DNA of 41,095 nt from Octopus bimaculoides (lineage: Eukaryota): positions 146,202,878 to 146,243,972 of the forward strand of contig NC_068982.1 of assembly GCF_001194135.2 (NCBI RefSeq), given 5' to 3'. Position 1 is the stretch's first letter; every line of letters starts with the position of its first letter. Position numbers and translations under genes: made by a program. Below the pieces are notes generated by a model. The model made no database searches. It saw nothing but the letters and a program-made list of their open reading frames with translations, and was not told the origin of the DNA. This document shows, piece by piece, positions 23,678 to 38,118 of the stretch.

Positions 23678-25399
23678 GTGTGCGTAATTCTTTTATAAAT
23701 ATTTTGAACTTTCGAACTATTAGTCCAAATGACTGAAATATGTATGATAGAAGAACTTTGAAAAATAGTTTTTCCAAAACGACTTTGAAACGAAAGAATT
23801 AATTATATATGATGGCAGTCCAACGCCGAAATTACCTAATTTGCGAAGTTCCAACAAGAAATATATTCGACAATTTCAGACTAATCTATATGAAAGAGAA
23901 AATAGTTAACTGGAATTGCTAAACTAAACAAGTTATTCTGCTGGCTGTGTTTGTTATTTAATTTAGAAAAAAACTGCTTCGAGTGATAACGGTTACGATG
24001 ATTTAGATAATCTACATATGGTGCACTGTACATTGCAAATATTCAGCCTCCGTACTGTAGTCAGCCACTATTAAATCATCCACTAGCTAACGAATGGTGA
24101 TCGTGGTATACAATTGACATAATTTATTTATTAATTTACCCTTGTTACTAATAATTGTACGCGACAATTCACTTTCAAATAATTAAATCCTCGATTCAAG
24201 AAATCGCTCATTTCTTGGGAACATAAATTAATTTTGCAGTAAGAAGAACCTTGCTTATTAGTCTCATCCAAGTTCACTATGAATATCACAGACTTCTGTT
24301 CCGAGTAGTCATGTACAGGAAATACTATACGCTTTACACTTTCCGATGATAGTGTTCTGCACTATTACTCAAGTAAAAACTATCAAGAGTTATTGGAGGT
24401 TTCACTGTGATATGTTCGAGAGTCTTGGCTACACTTGTATGATAACTGGCGACGTTTTAGTAACTTTCTGAGAGATTTGCAAGTAACTTCTTATAAACTA
24501 CTTCAACATTATCCCTGAAATTCAAGTAGCCAAACGACATTAATGTGAAAGATTTTCAAAGGAATCTATAGAGGACTGAATAGCCTACAGGTTTTTCAGT
24601 ATCTATGGAGTCATGAATTACAAGTATGTAATCACTTCCTGAAATCTGTGACAAGATTTTATTTACCTGCAGGTTGATGCTTTTCCAAAGCATCACTACC
24701 ATGCCAGTCGATTCGGGCTGACTGAAATAAAATTTACATAGTTTCAATATGGCATATATATTTCTACATGAAGAGATGAAAACCTAAATGAAATTCACTA
24801 TTCTACATTCATCACAACAACTGACATTACAGTTACATGAAATCAACATTTATAAGATTGAATAAAGTCAAAACTAGATCAAAACATGCCGAATTGCATA
24901 TACATGAAAGAGTAGAGTATTTAGCTTTACATGAAACATATTTCACATGCAACGATGTTAAGAACGCTGTTGCATGTAATATCACAACTAGATTTATTCA
25001 TGGCCAGCAATTATTAATAATTGTGTTCAGGTTAATATAATGTTGAAAGTTATCTTCGCATTAATCCCGATCTTATGATTACGTGGTTGTAATACCAAAT
25101 GTAAGCGGATAATTGTAAGAATAACCAATAACACTTTGAGGCAGATTACTAAGCTTCAATTTGCGAAACCCTTCCGAGTGACGCACACGTTTTATTTCAG
25201 GATTTCTCCCTTATTACTGCATGCAAAATTATGGTTATAAAAGATGTTAGGAAATCTACTTTATGTTATAATACCAAATGGATAAAAATACACCTGAATA
25301 AGTTTTACGCTGACAGCAAAATATCAAATACTTCGGCTGATGTCACGTATATTGGAAGATTAGCTACGCTTAAATATTTACATTATGAATAATCTATTC

Positions 25400-25952
25400 A
25401 ACAACTCATTGCAAAAGTGCTGCTATTCTAATTTGAGAACCCAAGTTCTTTTGATACAATGTCGTCTGCTTTTTCAATTAAGATGCCCAGTCTCTCGGCT
25501 ATCTGATGACATGATATTCAGCGATTTTGCATTATCATACCAAGAGCAAGGTCAAGATTGTCCTTGGTGGTTGCAGTTGGAGGTCTCCCTGGTCTTGGAT
25601 CATCTTCCACACTCTCTCTGCCACGCTTGAATTCATTTACCCAGCGTTTGACTGTTGCATATGAAGGAGCATTGTCTGTTAAGGTTCTCACCATATCTTC
25701 ATGGATTTCTGATGGAGTCATGCCTTTCAAATGAAGGTAATTTATGACAACACGATACTCAGTTTTCTCCATTTTCCTTGTAAATTCGAAGCTTGTTTAT
25801 TCAAAAATCTGCATTAAGAAAATTAAAATATCAGAATCATGAAAATGAGCAAGAATACTCCGAAAAGACTGTACTTACTACAAAAATTTGTTTCAACTAT
25901 ATAGCAGCCTCGATTCTAAGTTAGGCTCAAAAGTTTTCAGACAATCCTCGTA
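25400..25952 (-). mobile_element. mariner transposon (third copy), 5' TIR plus HTH region
   Basis: MEKTEYRVVINYLHLKGMTPSEIHEDMVRTLTDNAPSYATVKRWVNEFKRGRESVEDDPRPGRP. The end reads TACGAGGATTGTCTGAAAACTTTT at 25952. Confidence 0.92.
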
Positions 25953-26031
25953 TATATGAATGAAACCAGTTTGATTGAAATCTGTTGGTAGTCTTGAGTT
26001 TTAAGCGTGATGCTAGTTGTCACACTCATCT

Positions 26032-26147
<116 letters not shown>

Positions 26148-26204
26148 TAGTTTTATGATTTTAATTGAGTTTTTTACCTGTAATTTTGGATTTTGTCCCT
26201 AATA

Positions 26205-26372
26205 TATATATATACGACGGGCTTCTTTCAGTTTCCGTCTACGAACTCTATTTGTAAGGCTTTGGTCAACTATAGTAGAAGAGAGCTGCCCAAGGCGTCA
26301 CGCACTCGGAGCGAACTGGAACCATGTGGTTGGGAAGCAAGCTTCTTACCACACAACCACACCTGTACCTAT
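26205..26372 (-). mobile_element. tRNA-derived SINE (family C), 5' part
   Basis: Reverse complement has an A box TGGTTGTGTGG, a B-box-like GTTCGCTCC, then CCTTGGGCA...CTACTATAG...GTAGACGGAAACTGAAAGAAGCCCGTCGTATA. Confidence 0.82.
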
Positions 26373-28569
26373 GTCCAATCAAATTTTAAACATTTTCAAG
26401 TCGAGTTCATTAGTCCAGTCTAGCTGTTCTCTTACATTAACTGCACGCAATGTGCTTAATCTGATGTTCAGGCAAATGTACCCTATGCCTGCTCGACCCT
26501 AAATAGATTTTACTGTGGGGTATTGGTAAATGGAATAAATAATTTAATCATTTACTGACATAACTTTCATTCCAATAAGTTTCACTCCGATTATATACGT
26601 ATTGTAGAATCAAATTTGATACATAAATACAAATTATTCGGTTTTTATCCCGAGTTTTAAAACCAACTCAAACTACGTGAATGGAAATTACTTTTGAGAA
26701 ATTCATTATTGACAGCTGACATTTCATAAAAGGGAATAGTGTAAGTGCTTCTTCGCTCATAATCTATCGCTTTCATTGTTTGAATTAATATGCCCCTTGT
26801 ATGAGTACATATATAACTTTTTCCGGAGTCGTTATAAAGATGTTCTAAAGATCCAAACCTCTTTAGAAGGTGATGTTGACACATTCTACTCAGTAAAATC
26901 CGTCATTTCTAAGCAAAAGCAAAACATAAATTACCAACTAATGACAAATCGACCGCATATTTAAGTTGTTACAATTAAGGTATTAGATCGATCGGCAGCG
27001 TCTAATGAGCGGAGTTTTCAATCGATAACAGGATGTATAACCTTTGTGTAAGAACAATAGGCTGAAGACTCTAAATAAAAGTTCTTGTACATTTGGACTG
27101 CAATGAATTGGAATTTTTCTAGCCTTCATGCATTAGATCCTCAGCACACCTTCCCTGTTAATGAATAATCTGAGAAAGCTAAAACTCCACTTTGCATTGA
27201 AACGAATCATATTCGATAGATTATTATATATTGTATGTGATATTGAAAACTCAGGGGATCAGGACTTCAAGTACGTCAGAGTATTCAATAACAGGGAGAT
27301 TTTGCTAAGAAGTTTAGAAGTGCTAAATGAAATGCGCAAACTTATGTGTATCAAATATATTGGTTGGGAATATGGTAGAGGCACAGTTAATCACAACTAA
27401 AGACTGATTGAACTATCGTAGGGTGCATAATTAAAGGGGTTTGTCAATAAAAATTCGACAAACATAATCAAGAAATCATGCAAGTGACTCTGTGTATGTG
27501 TTTTTGACTGTATGTCACACAGATTCTGCCTGAGATATCCGTTAGCTGTAGACATAGCAATGGAGTATTCACCTTCCATCCGCTAATTCTGTTTTATATA
27601 TATATCATATTCATATAAGTATATATATGTATATATTGAAGGGGAACTGGTAAACAACTAACAGAGCAAAATTCATCTGGAATGCAATATAACTGGATAA
27701 CAAATAAACCGGCCAGTTCAAATCGATGATTGTTCAAGTTAAACATTTTTTCCAATAATGAATCTCAGAATTGTACAACTAGGTAATAGTATACGTGTTT
27801 ATGAAAAAGCTTGACCTACTACCAGCAAAATATCTGAGATATTGTGTCAAACGTACAATCATTGATCATGTTTAGCACCACGTCAATGGGATGCTCAACC
27901 ACCAACATTAATTCTAGAAGTAAGCAGTCCAGCTGACCGAAAAACTGGAATACTTGTCATCAAAGCCAACATATGATTGTAGAAGGCTATGGATGAGAAT
28001 GTGCGATGGTACAATTTACCTGACAATATTGGTTTGTTTACAATTTCAACAGCATTCAGGAATAAGTTTGCTTAGATCAGGGAAGAATTAAGGATAATTT
28101 ACAATATGAATTATTTATGTTGTAGACTACAGAGGGGTTTCAGTGTACATTGGCGATAATAACCATAACAATATACACAGATGGATGAAATACAATAAGG
28201 ACATTGGTAGGCATTGAACTCCGAACTAAAGGTCGATGAGATAACTGGGTTTCGTTGTGGACATGTTTAATGTATTATATTCATATTATATGCAATAATT
28301 AAAACAAAGATGCATGATAGATATGAAACATCTCATTTTATCTGCGTTTCTTAAAAATGAACATCATTCAATTTATATTCATATTGGAAATATTTATAAG
28401 CTATCTAGAAACGTTTTCTGTATTAAATTCAGTTGGATGTAAAGAAACTTAAGTCGCATTTAAAGTGTTGTCAACGGCAAATGTATAAGAAAAGAGCTTA
28501 TAGATTAACGTAACAGTGTTTGCAAATAGCTAGAAAACAGTGAAGCTTTACATATAGATTGACAAAAAA

Positions 28570-28605
28570 AATAATAAATAATAATAATAATAATGATAAC
28601 AATAC

Positions 28606-28655
<50 letters not shown>
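28570..28655. repeat. (TAA)n microsatellite
   Basis: Direct reading. Confidence 0.95.
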
Positions 28656-29038
28656 GTAATAAAGGAAAAATACAAACATGGAGTCTGTACGTCATATTTA
28701 CGCAATAGATTTAGAATATTAATATAAACATTTCTTAAGATTTAAGAAATTCGACTCCTTATCATTTCTAAATATAATATTAAATGCTAAATTAACTTTC
28801 TTAAATGTTACTTCATATTTAAGGGGTCATTCCAAAATGTAATTTCACTTTTTTTCAAGTAATTCAAATATTTCGAAACAAAAATGAATAATTTTAAATG
28901 CAAGAAAAATTCATTGTTGCGCATTGCACTCATTATTATTCTTATGGAGGGAGGACTATCATTGTGGTAATAATAATGATGTCGATAATGAAAAAGTTAT
29001 ATATGCATAGTTTAAAGAACGTAACTTGCCACTAACTT

Positions 29039-29044
<6 letters not shown>

Positions 29045-29074
<30 letters not shown>

Positions 29075-30039
29075 GTATGTGTGTATGTATGTATATTTGT
29101 ATATATATGTATATATAAATGTATATATATATATATATGTATATNNNNNNNNNNNNNNNNNNNNNNNNNNNNNNNNNNNNNNNNNNNNNNNNNNNNNNNN
29201 NNNNNNNNNNNNNNNNNNNNNNNNNNNNNNNNNNNNNNNNNNNNNNNNNNNNNNNNNNNNNNNNNNNNNNNNNNNNNNNNNNNNNNNNNNNNNNNNNNNN
29301 NNNNNNNNNNNNNNNNNNNNNNNNNNNNNNNNNNNNNNNNNNNNNNNNNNNNNNNNNNNNNNNNNNNNNNNNNNNNNNNNNNNNNNNNNNNNNNNNNNNN
29401 NNNNNNNNNNNNNNNNNNNNNNNNNNNNNNNNNNNNNNNNNNNNNNNNNNNNNNNNNNNNNNNNNNNNNNNNNNNNNNNNNNNNNNNNNNNNNNNNNNNN
29501 NNNNNNNNNNNNNNNNNNNNNNNNNNNNNNNNNNNNNNNNNNNNNNNNNNNNNNNNNNNNNNNNNNNNNNNNNNNNNNNNNNNNNNNNNNNNNNNNNNNN
29601 NNNNNNNNNNNNNNNNNNNNNNNNNNNNNNNNNNNNNNNNNNNNNNNNNNNNNNNNNNNNNNNNNNNNNNNNNNNNNNNNNNNNNNNNNNNNNNNNNNNN
29701 NNNNNNNNNNNNNNNNNNNNNNNNNNNNNNNNNNNNNNNNNNNNNNNNNNNNNNNNNNNNNNNNNNNNNNNNNNNNNNNNNNNNNNNNNNNNNNNNNNNN
29801 NNNNNNNNNNNNNNNNNNNNNNNNNNNNNNNNNNNNNNNNNNNNNNNNNNNNNNNNNNNNNNNNNNNNNNNNNNNNNNNNNNNNNNNNNNNNNNNNNNNN
29901 NNNNNNNNNNNNNNNNNNNNNNNNNNNNNNNNNNNNNNNNNNNNNNNNNNNNNNNNNNNNNNNNNNNNNNNNNNNNNNNNNNNNNNNNNNNNNNNNNNNN
30001 NNNNNNNNNNNNNNNNNNNNNNNNNNNNNNNNNNNNNNN

Positions 30040-30071
<32 letters not shown>

Positions 30072-30120
30072 TGTGTGTGCGTGCGCGTGTGTGTATGTAT
30101 ATATATATATATATATATAT
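29045..30120. repeat. (TA)/(TG) microsatellites flanking an assembly gap (N 29145-30039)
   Basis: Direct reading. Confidence 0.95.
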
Positions 30121-30169
30121 CATTCAGAAGAGTTTGATTCGGAATACATACTACACCAAGTTTTGAAAG

Positions 30170-30935
30170 CTCTTAAATAGGCTTGTCTCACTCGGATATT
30201 GAGGGAGAGATTATAGTTATTGAATCTTGTCCATTTGTTTGCCCATTTGAGCGCTTTGATGTTATTCTGCCTCATATACGACTGGTCCTTGTTGGTGTTG
30301 ACGTTAAGAGGACATGTAGTGTTACCTTGATACGAGCATCCTAGCTCTGTTTCATGTGTGTTCTTGCTTACGTACATCACCTTTACAGTATGTTCACAGA
30401 TAAAGGAAGCTTTTCAGGTGCATCTGGTGAATATTTTACTGAATCTATTAGTATGGAGAAAGAGTATAACCACTAATCTAAGAAATATCTTTCCAAAACA
30501 AGTATTTACGCTTAAGAAGACGTGCGTATAAAATACTGCACCTTCTGATGGCGCTTTTGTTTGGAGGATTTTGAACCTGGCATGTAACTAATCTTATACT
30601 TGCAAACTCTGGTATACAGAGCCTTATCTTAGTACGGGCCAAACACGTTAAAGATGTATTTACTTGACGATAGCTTGGACTCCTTTTACCATGTTCCTGA
30701 ACATTATATCTAGATAATGGTTTCTGTCTCCCTTTACCATGTTACTCCTTTACCATTATATCTTCTGAAATCCTTTACCATGTTTGTGAACCTTATATCT
30801 GGACAAAAGGAAGCTGTCTTATTGCATCTCAGCCTCTCTTCCATCTTGTTAATGGGCCTATAGGTATTGGATTCAAAGTTCCAATTCACATCAAGGTAAT
30901 CCACCGTCCTCAGGTTGGTTTCTGTTGTGACCATG
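30170..30935 (-). mobile_element. Penelope-like element fragments (Naiad-like), decayed
   Basis: TTETNLRTVDYLDVNWNFESNTYRP (30850-30934), EHTVKVMYV, and GCSYQGNTTCPLN..VVYEA linker (30250-30400). Confidence 0.62.
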
Positions 30936-31239
30936 TCGGGGTCTCACCACGGTCACAACAATGGCTGTTTGCCTCTTTCAATGATGTCAAAGTGTTGTCT
31001 CTGTAGAGGTTACAGTTTTTAGAGGGGCTTTTCTTATTACTTTAGGACGTAAAAACCAACACGGTTACACATATAAGCATTGTCAAATACGCCCATTCTT
31101 TCACCGAAGGACCCAGTCCGATCACTTGTTGAGAATGGGAATGCTTCTGGCGTGCAGGATAATCCGCATTTCTTCATTTCTAATATCAGCATAGACACTA
31201 GCGAAATCCTGTGCTATATACAGAAGCTCTTTCAAGAGG

Positions 31240-31500
31240 GACGCGTAAAAATCTGATATATGAAATTAGGTAAATCTTGTTCTGTACTTGCCACTATTGG
31301 ATTTAAGTCATGTTATGATCTCACTGGTGCTGCGCCAGAGAACGAGGCCTCCTAAGATCGTAATTAATTTTCCCGATCAGCAGCATGATGTCGGACAAAA
31401 CACGAGTGTAGCAACACGTGTCCCTTAACAGCCACTGTAACACGGAATCAGTCGTCGTATATGAGGCTGGTAACATCAAAGTGCCCTTGCTCAGTTCGCT
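31240..31500 (+). mobile_element. Penelope-like element linker fragment, inverted relative to the neighbouring copy
   Basis: KLFQEGRVKI, then CRTKHECSNTCP(L)NSHCNTESVVYEA with one frameshift. Shares GTCGTATATGAGGC..TAACATCAAAG with the minus-strand copy near 30250-30290. Confidence 0.5.
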
Positions 31501-31698
31501 TTCAAAGGGCTCGTTTTGTCATTTTTTTCGCACACAAATAAACCAGTTGTAATTTTTTCGCCTCCAGTAATGGAGAACAGTCGGCATGTATTTCCCTACT
31601 TGTCATTTTTGAAGAGAAGCTAGTATTATTTATCCGTGTTCTCATGTAACATTCAGTTTTAGTACCCAGTGCAAAAGAGATTGTTAAGATCACTTGGA

Positions 31699-31732
<34 letters not shown>

Positions 31733-31744
31733 ATATCTATCTAT

Positions 31745-32405
31745 CCATGTACTGTTACTGGTTCGGGTTCTCTTGATCTCTGAGGACATCGTACTGAAGC
31801 CTGGTAGAACAGTTCAATCATTGAAGAGTTGATTCTTGAGAGCAAACGTATCTGCCTCGCAAGAAAACTGGTCCACGATATGTTGCATGTCCTCAATGTT
31901 GCTGGTCACGAGCGCTGAATCATCTGAGTGGAGCACCTCCCTGACACACATTTCCCTGATTTTGATGGAGGCATGAAGACGGGCCAAGCTGAAGAGTTTT
32001 CCATCTGTTCTGGGATTTTTAATCTGTGCGGATGAAAACTGGAGATTAACCCTCATGGTGTCTAGTACAGTTGCGATGAAAAGAGAGCAGAGAGCAAAGA
32101 GAGAAGTAAGCACGCACACCTACTGCACACCATGGTTGACAACAATAACTTCTCCGACAACTGAAACTAGAATTTTCATTCCAGTGTAGAACAGCTTCAT
32201 GTTGTTAAGAAGCATCTTCGGTTATCCATAAGTCCCTAACACATTCCAAAGAGTTCCTCAACCCATTGTGCCGAATGCCTTGGAAAAGCCCACAACCACC
32301 ACGTAGAAAAGGTGGTGTTAATCCGCAGTTTTCTCATGTATCTGTCGGAGTGTGAAGTTCATGTATGTAGTTGATCACTCTGTCCTGAACCCACATGGAC
32401 GCTCT
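31745..32405 (-). mobile_element. RTE-clade LINE reverse transcriptase fragment
   Basis: FTLRQIHEK, FSKAF, GVQ*VCVL, RTDGKLFSLARLHASIKIREMCVREVLHSDDSALV (ELLFADD equivalent). Confidence 0.9.
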
Positions 32406-32409
32406 GAGA

Positions 32410-32600
32410 TGACAATGATGATGATGAACCTCATCGTTATCATCATCATCGTCGTTATCGTCATCGTCATCGTCGTCGTCGTCGTCGTCACCACCACCAC
32501 CAAAACCACCACCACCACCATCACCACCACCACGACCACCACGACCACCACGACCACCACNNNNNNNNNNNNNNNNNNNNNACCACCACCACCACCACTA
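32410..32600. repeat. Compound (ATG)(ATC)(GTC)(ACC) microsatellite with a 21-N gap
   Basis: Direct reading. Confidence 0.93.
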
Positions 32601-33249
32601 TTATGCAGTGCGTTTCTAATAAACAATAACACTTTTGAAATTGAAAAAGACCAAACTATTGAAATCATATAGATTAACAATTAAATAAAACATAAAATAC
32701 CCATAAAGTATGCTATAAGATAAGAATAAATTAATCACCAGTGAACCTAGCCTATAAAATAAACATGAAATCCCACAATCGGAAGTCAATAATACAACAG
32801 AAACAACCACATATTCAATACGTGATTCTTGAAAACACGACGTAAATGCTACACAACCCACTGTCCAAGAAACAACGTCTTATATCAAATCAAAAGCAAA
32901 AGCAATGAGAATTAAAACTAAAATTTATTATGATGAATATAGAAATTTCCATGGAAACTTTCAACCAAAAAGAGATACGCAAACCTCATGCGCTTAATGG
33001 GCAACGAAAAATAGAATACGTTTCACGCACCATAACATATCAAAGAGGGTGCTGTGATGACGATATAAGAGAAACAATAGATAAAACACATGAATCAATG
33101 TTGAATACCTGCCAAAGCAACAAATGAAAGATAAGATCCACAAGAGATTAAATCAATAAAACAAAGCCTTGTAGTTGATACTATACATGGAAAAATATGA
33201 ACATCAGAGGCGTCTATGATTAATTTTAATCAGTTGAATTGATTGTATG

Positions 33250-33785
33250 ATGGGAAACCGGGCTCGATCCTAAGACTCTGGTTTTCTAGAAAAAAACTTG
33301 AGAACAATAAGAACTATGGAAGTATGATATGCTACATAACATTCAAACAGAAATATAGAAATTTTACCTCTTCGTAGAGCACTGAACAGCAAAGATGCAG
33401 CAGAAGAATTTAAAAAATAAGACGACACATAACGAAAAGAGTCAAAGATTTTTTGAGTGATGAAGGGGTTGATCTCATGGACTGGCCACCTCAAAGTCTT
33501 GTTCTCAGCGCTATAGAAAACGTTTGGAAGATTATTAGAGATGAAGCGCGAAGGAGAAATCTAAAGAACCAAAATGAACTCTGGGAATTATTGAAAAACG
33601 AATGGAACAATATTACTCCATCATTTTACAAGAAATTAATTCAGTCCCGTGGTAGCAGATGTCAGGAGGTCATTAATAGTTAAGGGATGTTCACAAAATA
33701 TTAATACTAATGGTTTTATTTTTGTTCTTGTTCAATTTTTCATTGTTTATCTAAGTGATCCTTAATTTTTGGACGTTGCAGTTTG
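33250..33785 (+). mobile_element. Tc1-family transposase C-terminal fragment
   Basis: KRVKDFLSDEGVDLMDWPPQSLVLSAIENVW..LKNEWNNI..LIQSRGSRCQEVINS*GMFTKY* (WPxQSPDLNPIEN and KGxxTKY motifs). Confidence 0.87.
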
Positions 33786-36517
33786 GAAGGTTATTTGTTT
33801 ATTCCCCTATAACTTACGAAATAGTTATTCCAGTCACTTGCAAATTTCACTGAAGATAGATATTAAATATATCTAGATATGTGTAAAATACCTAGTCTCA
33901 AAGTGTTGTTAATCTTCTATAATAAATGGCCGCTTCTGTATATAGAAACTAAAGTTCAGGATATCATTTCTTAACGAGGTTACATATCATTTTCATATTA
34001 TCCTTTGACTGATTCAATTATGAGACTGCGACCATTATTTGGTAATGTTCTCAAAGATTTTAGTCGATTATATCTATAAACACGAACAGTTTTGACCCGA
34101 GTACATGAAATTGCATGATAGAATCGTTGAATATAAATTTGTGAAAAAACGATTTAACAAATGAATAAAATATAATGAAATGGATGGGGAGAAAGAATGT
34201 TACAATGAGTAAAGTTCTATTTACATATAGAATTAGGGACGTGACCCGAAGCACACAAAGAATATATGCATTAAGTTAAAAGCCAAGGCAAGGGTGAACT
34301 TTATCAGTGCTACAAAATTAATAAAGAAGAACGGAAAGACATATTGTATATGAAACATGCGAAAACAAACCTATATAGACGAAAACGTAAACAGAATAAA
34401 GTAGAAAATTATTCAGGATAATGCCAAGATTATGTTAATGAAAAATAAAATCATAAATGAAAAAGGTTTATATCATGAAATATATCATTAACAAATATAG
34501 TTCCGCATAAAGAATGCATTGTTAACAGAAGAGCAGTTGATAGTGTTCTCAACTTCCAGGAACTAGCTGCAACATGCTAAATATTATATAATGACATGAC
34601 AATGAATATTCATGTTAATTTATATTCTAAGTTTAAATTTATCATATTTAAATTAAGACCAAACACAGAGATACGTTCACCAAACATCTCAGCCAAAGCA
34701 AGCTTATATGAAGTGGACAGAAAAATCAATAATCGAAATCAGTTATAAAATTTCCAAATATACTGTAAACTGTAAACTTGCAGTAATAAAAAAATAATGA
34801 TACGTTATGTCCACAAGAAGACCAGACTAACTGTGTCTAACCTTGTAGAAAAGATATATGAAATCTCTTGGTACGAAAGAAAGAGAACGTTGGTGTAAGC
34901 ACACAGTGCATTCAACTACAGAAATAAATGAAGGTGAATGTATATCCTACGGTCCGTACATTAACCAACCGGAATATATTCTGACATGCCATGAAGCTAA
35001 AACAATATTGGTGTATGATTTATATCGCTCAGTGGAATAAATATTACTTCGTGCACTACCAATCACATTTTCTCTTTCTTTCAATACCCATTACAGAGTT
35101 TAGCCGATGCATCTCGTAAATTACCAAAGCATTTGCAGATAATATCCTGATGCTTAATTTAAAATGTACACAGTATGCCATCAACATATAAATTAGAGAT
35201 TTGTATTGATGAATTTAATTACTACCTTGACCAAGCAAAATATATTTACATTTTAGATAAAACTAAAAATTATCAGTCACTGAGTTAGACTTACCTATTT
35301 TTGTCAAAGAGGGAACAACATCAAACATTTTCCCCTGAAGTTAAAGGGTTGTCAATGGTATTTCAATCGCATAGAATGTAGCAATATAACTGAAAGCATA
35401 TCACTCGCAGCTGTCATACTACTGCCAAATAAAACAAAAATTAATGCTCGTCTCTGTTGCATATAATGAACAATTAAATTTAGTTAAACTATATTTCTTT
35501 GTCTCCTTCTCCCCTATCTTGAGCGTAATTATGATTCTGATACTTATTCGTATTACTCCAAATCTCTAGTTTAGTGTAATGTAAAATGAATGGTGCCGTA
35601 TAAATCTCTGCAAAATATTTGAATAAAAATAAATGATTCCAATAGATTTTTCCAACTTCACCAAGCCTTCCTCTTTTCATTCTCAATTCAAGTGCCGATC
35701 TTCACCCCTTTTCCCTCTTTCGAGATTATCTTTCATCGATTTTCTATATAAGTAGAATTACGTATAATTTTATATACTTGATTACATATAACCCTATTCT
35801 GTACCTCTCTTGTGTGTGTGCTCGTCAAAGAGGCTGCAAATATATTTGTCTACGATACTGATCAATTTTCGATTACTATTCCTCTAGAATTTCATTTGAT
35901 CATCTTAAACTCAATATCAAATCTCGTAATTTAATTCCGCCACCGCTGCCATCACTTTTCGTCTCTTCTTATCTTCACTAACCTCCACGTTAGATTCTTC
36001 GATCCTCATGCCAATTAGATTTATCAAAACTATTCCTTGGACTTATATAATGTCAACATTTTGACAGAAAACATTCGCCAGGGTCCTAAGTTTCTAGATT
36101 TTATGCAGGCGTAGAAGGCATAAGTGTAGAAAAGAGAGCATAGTGGACATTTTCAGATATGGTGCTGGACACCTCAGATTACCAGCAAATATTCGCAAGA
36201 CATTTTGTTAATTAGAGTAGCATAGAACTTTTTATACACAGGAATTGTGTAGTAGCTAATACGAGATCGAGGATAATATCCCCAGAAACACGATCTCATC
36301 ATTCATCTGAGTGACATGTATTGCTTTGATACGCCGAATGTGCCAACATAGACAATGGCAATTATTGAAATGGAAGTTCAGTTAAGTTATGATACGTTTA
36401 TAGTGAGCTAGTTACTGGAAGATGAAACTAAAGTTTAACATGCGGGATGCTTTTCCTGTAGGAGTAAGTGGTCTAGCACACCAGTGAATTAAGTAGGAAT
36501 GAAATATAGGTTCATCT

Positions 36518-36585
<68 letters not shown>

Positions 36586-36789
36586 AATGTATGTATGTAT
36601 GTATGNNNNNNNNNNATCAAGTAGAAAATATTTTAATGGGGAAACATACGTGGTGGATATAAATAGAGAAAGGGATAAGATGAAAAAAAAACAGACGATT
36701 TGTTTCACAAGATTTAAAATTATATTAGGGTCATAGAGATATAAGATTTTGTACAAAATAAAGTTTTGCTCTTTCAACATTATCCAAGT

Positions 36790-36820
36790 AAGGACCGGTT
36801 TCGCATTGCTCATCAAACTC
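36790..36820 (-). ncRNA. Minimal type I hammerhead-ribozyme-like motif in the 3' pLTR
   Basis: GAG-T-TTGATGA-GC AAT GC-GAAAC-CG-GTC-CTT: core UUGAUGA, 2-bp stem II, palindromic stem III (ACCGGT), GUC triplet. Confidence 0.6.
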
Positions 36821-38086
36821 AGAGTTGAAAGAGATAAATTGCTAGGGGGCGAAAAATATTACTAGGGGAGATAATTGTTCACTCATATATTTTGCAGTAA
36901 AGGGGAGGTAAATCTGTAATTATAAGTTTTTTTTTTTTTTTGGTTCCTCTGCTTTATTCTGGTTTACATCTTTCATTAGATGGAGTAAGTCTTTTATTTT
37001 TAATATTGTTTCATATTTAATTCTGGATTATATTTTGGTATAAATAAGGCTTCTTTATTCAGTCTTACTTGTATTGATGTCCAGATGGCAGGGTGATAAA
37101 ATGAGAAAATTTCGAATTGTGGTTGTAATCGTTCTGCACGTTCGTCAATATGTTGCCTGAGGGATATTTAGCGATAACGTGGGGAGGAAATTTGTTGTCT
37201 GTGGACAGTACATCTCTTCCAGATCGAATATCCTGTTGAGCGAATATAATTTCGATAGCAGCCCGAGCATCTATTTACGTAAATGATGCTTTTGGAGGCG
37301 CAAATAAAGTTAGGTTTCATCATGAATATTTTTCCTTGCTTGAAATGGAATTCCGATCCTTCCATGTTCCGCAATTAGGGCGACCACACTTTACGACTCT
37401 GGCGTCCGTTGTTCTAGAGAATAGTTTGGCATTAGTGAGTATTTTCTTCAATGTTTTAGCCTGTTTACTGCTCTTAATAATTTCATGGTCATGTAGATTC
37501 TTTTTTAAGTTTGGGCTCCCTATGGACTATTCAAAGATAAGCTCTTCGGTCTTAGTTCCCTGGTCGTTGTTTCGGATACTATGGTTCAAATCCTTCTTAC
37601 AAGGTTGATGGGGATAGTCGTTTTGATATGTCTCGGGTGACATGAACTAAATAATAGATATTGTTTAGCGTCTGTGGTATTGTAAACATGTCTGTTTCTA
37701 TTTTTGTTTATTTTTTAATCAGTATGTCTAGGAATGGGAGTTCTTCGTGGTTGTGTTCCATTGTGAATTGTATGTTGGTGTTAATGTTATTGAGAAGTCT
37801 TTTGAACTCCAGGAGCTTATCTATGTTTTCATTCCAGAGGATGAGTCAGGTGTCCAAAAATCTTTTTCGATTTTCTTTTATGCATTGGGAGAGAGGGTTT
37901 CCAAATATTGAAAATGACTCCTGATATATTGTTATTTCTAAACAGACCATTGTTAGATTGGCAGTGGTTGGTTACCATTGCAATTCCAGATTTTTAGCGA
38001 TGAACAGTGGTGTCAAACATGAAATAAATAATTATCTCCTCTAGCAATATTTATTCCCCACCCTAGCAATTTATCTCTTTTAACTC

Positions 38087-38118
38087 TCAGTTTGATGAGC
38101 AATGCGAAACCGGTCCTT
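38087..38118 (+). ncRNA. Minimal hammerhead-ribozyme-like motif in the inverted pLTR
   Basis: CAG-T-TTGATGAGCAATGCGAAACCGGTC-CTT. The core is identical to the copy at 36790-36820. Confidence 0.58.

Noticed and set aside
24270-25040. Possible decayed APE endonuclease remnants (ITGDV; LALHETY)
   Set aside because: The motifs are in the wrong order and too weak to call.
29032-30180. 350-360 aa ORFs in the ORF track (also those at 21843-22399, 13462-13768 and 1850-2145)
   Set aside because: They are artefacts of N gaps and dinucleotide repeats.
30680-30790. Four scattered copies of CCTTTACCATGTT
   Set aside because: Irregular spacing and short units inside a decayed PLE region. It is not CRISPR-like and is probably local slippage.
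31380-31430. In-frame TGA beside the PLE Cys linker as possible selenocysteine, since Sec-encoding Naiad elements are known
   Set aside because: The TGA aligns to the non-Cys position of CxC, the fragment is frameshifted and decayed, and no SECIS is evident.
32800-33130. Possible further PLE linker remnant (HALNGQRKIEYV)
   Set aside because: The conserved cysteines are absent and the similarity is marginal.
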